This document shows positions 7,727-11,134 of a stretch of DNA of 11,134 nt, piece by piece; the stretch's first letter is position 1, and the number at the start of each line of letters is the position of its first letter. Origin of the DNA: Oligoflexia bacterium (GTDB taxonomy: Bacteria; Bdellovibrionota; Bdellovibrionia; JABDDW01). Both the position numbers and the translations under genes were made by a program. The notes under the pieces were generated by a model that saw only the letters and a program-made list of their open reading frames with translations, had not been told where the DNA came from and ran no database searches. The stretch lies in the NCBI GenBank assembly GCA_043732305.1, contig JAYTHU010000157.1:1-11134 (forward strand). The letters run 5' to 3'.

Positions 7727-8463
7727 GGTTTTTTAAAATAGCTCCCAATTATAGTTTCTTGAATTTTAAAAAGTTCTTGATGACCTTGTTTTGCAAGTTC
7801 GGTCATAAGTCTCATTTGTTCGTCACTGAAAGGTGTTGTTTCAGCAGTTCCTTGAATTTCGACAAATAGACCTTTGCCTGTCATTACAAAATTCATGTCC
7901 ACTTCAGCTTGAGAATCTTCTTCGTAATCTAAATCTAAGCGAGGCTCACCATTAATAATCCCGCAGCTCACTGCGGCCACATAATCTTTTAAAGGAAAAC
8001 TCAAAAGCATTTTGTTGCTCACTAATTTATTGCAGGCCATAGCTAATGCTACAAATCCGCCAGTGATAGCAGCCGTGCGAGTTCCGCCATCAGCTTGAAT
8101 AACATCGCAATCGACAACAATTTGTTTTTCACCGAGGGCATGCAAATTAGTGATGGCTCTTAAACTTCGTCCAATCAATCTTTGAATTTCTTGGGTGCGT
8201 CCTGACGACGCCGCTTTGTCACGTCTCATTCGCGTGTGCGTAGAGCGTGGGAGCATTCCATATTCTGCAGTGACCCAACCTTTGCCAGTGCCTTTGAGAA
8301 ATGATGGCGCTTGCTGTTCCACACTTGCCGTGCAGATGACTTGTGTGCGTCCAAATTCCACCAACACAGAACCTTCAGCAAACACGGTGTGATTAGGAGT
8401 GATTTTAATTTTTCGTAAATGTGCAGGAGTACGGTCTTCAGATCTGGATGTTTGTAAATTCAT
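7723..8463 (-). CDS. rph: Ribonuclease PH
   Basis: [48 protein letters not shown] and EIQGTAE motifs. Confidence 0.98.
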   Translation of the reverse strand: MNLQTSRSEDRTPAHLRKIKITPNHTVFAEGSVLVEFGRTQVICTASVEQQAPSFLKGTGKGWVTAEYGMLPRSTHTRMRRDKAASSGRTQEIQRLIGRSLRAITNLHALGEKQIVVDCDVIQADGGTRTAAITGGFVALAMACNKLVSNKMLLSFPLKDYVAAVSCGIINGEPRLDLDYEEDSQAEVDMNFVMTGKGLFVEIQGTAETTPFSDEQMRLMTELAKQGHQELFKIQETIIGSYFKKP

Positions 8464-8472
8464 GAAACCAAT

Positions 8473-9360
8473 TTAGGGCTGCGGGCCGATTTTGTCCAAC
8501 TTTTCTTTATAAGCAATTAGCCCTTGATAGATGGCGTCGGCCATTTTTTTCTGACGTTTGGGATCCTTGAGTTTTGCTGCCTCGAGGCGATTGGTTATAA
8601 ACCCTAACTCCACAAGACTTGCCGCCATACTCACGCTCAGGACTCTGAAGGGCGCCTGGCGAATAGCGCGGGTCTTGGTTTCTAATCTCGATTGAAAACG
8701 CTCCAGGATTTTTTGAGCAAGCACTGAGCTCATGGTCATGTGAGTGCTACGGTTCATGTCGTTCAATATGTTAGGCAGATCGCTTGGGGCATCTAGGTTG
8801 CTGGTAGCTTTATCCGCAGCTTTATCTACGGCTCCAACGGATCCTTTGTTTTCGGCGGTTTCGGTGGAGGAAGTTTTCGGGAGCGAACTCTTGGAGCTAT
8901 TTTCTCGATTAGCTAAGAACAAGCTTTCTTCATCAGATGGATTTTGATTTTCAAAATAGATTTCTGTGCCGCCAGCGGTAGCAATCGGGGAGCTATTCAC
9001 ATGAATGCTAAGAAAAACATCCACATGAGATTTTTCAGCGAGAATTTTTCTTTCGTCCAAGCCAATAAACTCGTCGGTGTGCCGACTCATCGATGGAATA
9101 AATCTGTGATCCGCAAGCAAAAGATCATTGAGTTTTTGGCTGACGGCGAGCGTGATGTCTTTTTCCATAAGATTATTATGAGCGGCTCCATTGTCGGAAC
9201 CCCCATGACCGGGATCAATCAATACCTTGAGAGGTAAAGCGTTGAATGGCGTAGCGAGACTCTGCTGGGCAACCATCGTCAAAAATAGGGTTATAAAAAC
9301 CGCGGACATAAAATAAGTCGCTGCGAGGGCCTGGGGTGGTCTTTTTGTTTTAATTTTCAT
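8473..9360 (-). CDS. N-acetylmuramoyl-L-alanine amidase (Amidase_3)
   Basis: Signal/anchor sequence, then IDPGHGG, EK, LSIHVN and LVELGF zinc/catalytic motifs. No AMIN domain. Confidence 0.93.
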   Translation of the reverse strand: MKIKTKRPPQALAATYFMSAVFITLFLTMVAQQSLATPFNALPLKVLIDPGHGGSDNGAAHNNLMEKDITLAVSQKLNDLLLADHRFIPSMSRHTDEFIGLDERKILAEKSHVDVFLSIHVNSSPIATAGGTEIYFENQNPSDEESLFLANRENSSKSSLPKTSSTETAENKGSVGAVDKAADKATSNLDAPSDLPNILNDMNRSTHMTMSSVLAQKILERFQSRLETKTRAIRQAPFRVLSVSMAASLVELGFITNRLEAAKLKDPKRQKKMADAIYQGLIAYKEKLDKIGPQP

Positions 9361-9375
9361 TCTTATATTGTGCAG

Positions 9376-9428
9376 AAAAAAAAGGCGACTTGGTAGGGGT
9401 AAGGGGGTAAGGGGTTTACCAAGCCGCC
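9376..9428 (-). terminator. Intrinsic terminator-like hairpin with a large C-rich loop
   Basis: Minus strand GGCGGCTTGGTA, 21-nt loop, TACCAAGTCGCC (12-bp stem with one G-U pair), followed by T8. Confidence 0.8.
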
Positions 9429-9438
9429 AGGGGGTACT
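9376..9438 (-). ncRNA. Candidate ~63-nt sigma54-dependent small RNA or terminated leader
   Basis: Bounded by the sigma54 promoter (predicted +1 near 9438) and the terminator. Contains four ACCCC(C)U motifs. Confidence 0.6.
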
Positions 9439-9448
9439 TCCTCACTAA

Positions 9449-9464
9449 AGCAATGGCCGTGCCA
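9449..9464 (-). promoter_or_regulatory. Sigma54 (RpoN) -24/-12 promoter
   Basis: Minus strand TGGCAC-GGCCA-TTGCT is an exact consensus match in an intergenic region. Confidence 0.82.
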
Positions 9465-9595
9465 TCGTCTAGTCGAGTTCGTAATCAGATAAATTGGATT
9501 ACAGAATTTTAGGAAAAATAAATGGTACCCAATTGGGCACTACTGCACTTTGTGTTAATGTGTAAGTGCTTGAATTAGTTGCAGAATAGAGTGTG

Positions 9596-10345
9596 TTAAA
9601 GTTCTAGCCAGTTGAGATAACCTTGCACTAGGTTCAAACTTCCATTGTCTTCGATGCCTGTAATCTGATTATTTCGATGAAAAGGGTTTGAATTCAGCGC
9701 TGAGCGAAGGTTTGGTGAAATATTTCTTAGCCAATACTTGTCTTGAACAAAGGTTTCAAATGTTTCGAGGCAAAATGCAATATTCCTCAAAAAATTTACA
9801 AAATCAAGTTGGGCCAAATTTGGAATTTGCGAAATTAAATTAGTGGCCGAATCATCGACCGATTTTGGGTGGGCAAAAACATTCAATCCTAAACCCAAAA
9901 TGAGAAACGTCTTTTTTGCAAGCTGACTCGCCTCGACTAAAATACCCGCGACTTTTTTCTCGCCTAAGTAAATGTCATTGGGAGCCTTGATGGAAAACTT
10001 AATTTCGTTTTCAGGCCACGCCTTTGCTAGGCTTTCATAAACAAAATATCCAAGGGCGATGGTCCAACGTGGGTCTATGTTGGCTTTTGACGTGTGGTTT
10101 TCAAAGGACAAAACAAAGGAGCCTGAAAATTGCTGTCCGTGTCCAACATCTTCCCACCCGTGATCGCCTCGTCCGCGCCCTTGTGTTTGATGTTCCGCTA
10201 AAACTAAAGTCGGCGTCTGAAGTTTTTCAAGATTCTCGCGGGCGTAAGTATTGGTGCTGCCGATACTTTGGAAAACTTCAAGTTGCCAATTTTTATCGAG
10301 TGCTTGTTTGCAAGCTTCTGAAATTGAAAATGGAGCGTTGGTCAT
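9596..10345 (-). CDS. birA: Biotin--[acetyl-CoA-carboxylase] ligase, monofunctional (no N-terminal HTH)
   Basis: STN, AEHQTQGRGR...W, KAPNDI, KKVAGILVE and GLGLNV motifs. ATGA overlap with nadC. Confidence 0.9.
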   Translation of the reverse strand: MTNAPFSISEACKQALDKNWQLEVFQSIGSTNTYARENLEKLQTPTLVLAEHQTQGRGRGDHGWEDVGHGQQFSGSFVLSFENHTSKANIDPRWTIALGYFVYESLAKAWPENEIKFSIKAPNDIYLGEKKVAGILVEASQLAKKTFLILGLGLNVFAHPKSVDDSATNLISQIPNLAQLDFVNFLRNIAFCLETFETFVQDKYWLRNISPNLRSALNSNPFHRNNQITGIEDNGSLNLVQGYLNWLEL

Positions 10346-11133
10346 TTTTTAAACAACAAGCTGAGGTCAGCGACAGCGGCAGAATGTGTGAGTTTGCCCA
10401 CGCTGATGAAATCAACGCCAAGTTTTGCCACAGCCCTCACTCGGTCGACACTCATGTTGCCGCTTGCTTCTATTTCTAGTCTTCCATCAATGAGAGTAAC
10501 AGCTTTTTTCATTTCGATAAGTGACATGTTGTCTAGCATCACGCGATTGACTGTGAGCTCACTAGAAATTTTAAGCACTTCTTTTAGCTCTTTGAGATTT
10601 GTGATTTCGACTTCAATAAATTTCAAGGGATACTCGGCTCGCACAAGCTTAACAGCTTTTGTGATACTGCCAGCAGCTCGGATATGATTTTCTTTGAGTA
10701 GGACTTGATCGGAGAGACTAAGGCGGTGGTTCGCTCCGCCGCCATCGACGACCGCTTTTTTCTCAAGAGCACGCAAGAGTGGAGTTGTCTTTCGAGTGTC
10801 GATGATTTTGGTTTTGGTTCCACTCATTTGCGCCGAAAAGCGATTTGTCAAGGTGGCTATTCCAGAGAGGTGACCCAGAAAATTGAGTGCCGTTCTCTCG
10901 GCCATGAGGAGAGATTGCAAGTCACCTTTGATCAGAGCGACGACCGTTCCTTTTCTAATCTTTTTTCCATCAAAGCATTTCCAAGTCATTTTTGTTTTAG
11001 GAGAAACAGTTTTAAAAACAAGTTCGAAAATTTCGCAGCCTGATAAGACCAAATCTTCTTTTGCGACTAGGCGGGCTTCGCCTTTTTTTTTGTCACAATG
11101 CAAAGGTTTGCTTGTGATATCGCCTGCTGGAAT
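10342..11133 (-). CDS. nadC: Nicotinate-nucleotide pyrophosphorylase (quinolinate phosphoribosyltransferase), 5'-partial
   Basis: AERTALN, DTRKTTP, NHR, LKENH, EVE, MLDNM, EASG and ISVGKLTHS motifs. The frame stays open to the window edge (IPAGDITS...), so the true start is outside. Confidence 0.97.
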   Translation of the reverse strand: MPAGDITSKPLHCDKKKGEARLVAKEDLVLSGCEIFELVFKTVSPKTKMTWKCFDGKKIRKGTVVALIKGDLQSLLMAERTALNFLGHLSGIATLTNRFSAQMSGTKTKIIDTRKTTPLLRALEKKAVVDGGGANHRLSLSDQVLLKENHIRAAGSITKAVKLVRAEYPLKFIEVEITNLKELKEVLKISSELTVNRVMLDNMSLIEMKKAVTLIDGRLEIEASGNMSVDRVRAVAKLGVDFISVGKLTHSAAVADLSLLFKK

Positions 11134-11134
11134 G

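Noticed and set aside
9395..9416. AGGGG(G)TA repeats as a telomere-like, CRISPR or phase-variable repeat
   Set aside because: There are only three imperfect units with no spacers, and they are better explained as the hairpin loop.
9545..9575. GCACTT/AAGTGC dyad and an IHF-like site (minus strand ATTCAAGCACTTA)
   Set aside because: The matches are short and imperfect in AT-rich DNA, and the IHF-like site lies upstream of the candidate enhancer rather than between it and the promoter.
9975..9992. KAPND instead of the canonical KWPND in the biotin ligase as a sign of inactivation
   Set aside because: All other motifs are intact and the ORF is coupled to nadC, so it is more likely a lineage variant.
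880..11043. Many short ORFs in the track overlapping longer genes (e.g. 880-1068, 2509-2892, 5479-5835, 8944-9237, 10024-10479, 10705-11043)
   Set aside because: They are antisense or alternate-frame shadows of well-supported genes, with no recognisable motifs.
10342..11133. Functional link between nadC (NAD synthesis) and the NAD-consuming RES domain
   Set aside because: They are about 8 kb apart in different transcription units and nadC sits in a housekeeping context, so the proximity is probably coincidental.
1..11134. tRNA, rRNA or CRISPR array
   Set aside because: No cloverleaf, rRNA-like sequence or repeat-spacer periodicity was seen, and the intergenic spaces are short.

Overview
Bacterial window, probably from a Bdellovibrionota/Oligoflexia-like genome (inferred from gene content and protein style). 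The right half is housekeeping: nadC (5'-truncated), a biotin-protein ligase, an Amidase_3 amidase, rph and rdgB on the minus strand, convergent with two predicted outer-membrane proteins and a Cys-rich membrane-anchored protein on the plus strand. The left ~4.4 kb is accessory. It holds the 3' end of a probable ISAs1-family transposase, an orphan sensor histidine kinase and a minus-strand operon: C1 cysteine peptidase, a coiled-coil lipoprotein continuing out of frame into a RES-like toxin C-terminus, a translationally coupled candidate immunity gene, and a fused remnant of a wHTH/nucleotidyltransferase-like pair. Two highlights stand out. (1) A consensus sigma54 promoter at 9449-9464 points into a ~63-nt terminator-capped RNA with four ACCCC(C)U motifs, a candidate new sRNA or attenuator. 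(2) A second, near-identical sigma54 promoter at 4358-4373 appears to drive a nearly leaderless peptidase/lipoprotein-RES toxin/immunity operon whose toxin looks internally deleted. All family calls come from motif recognition by eye, not database searches.
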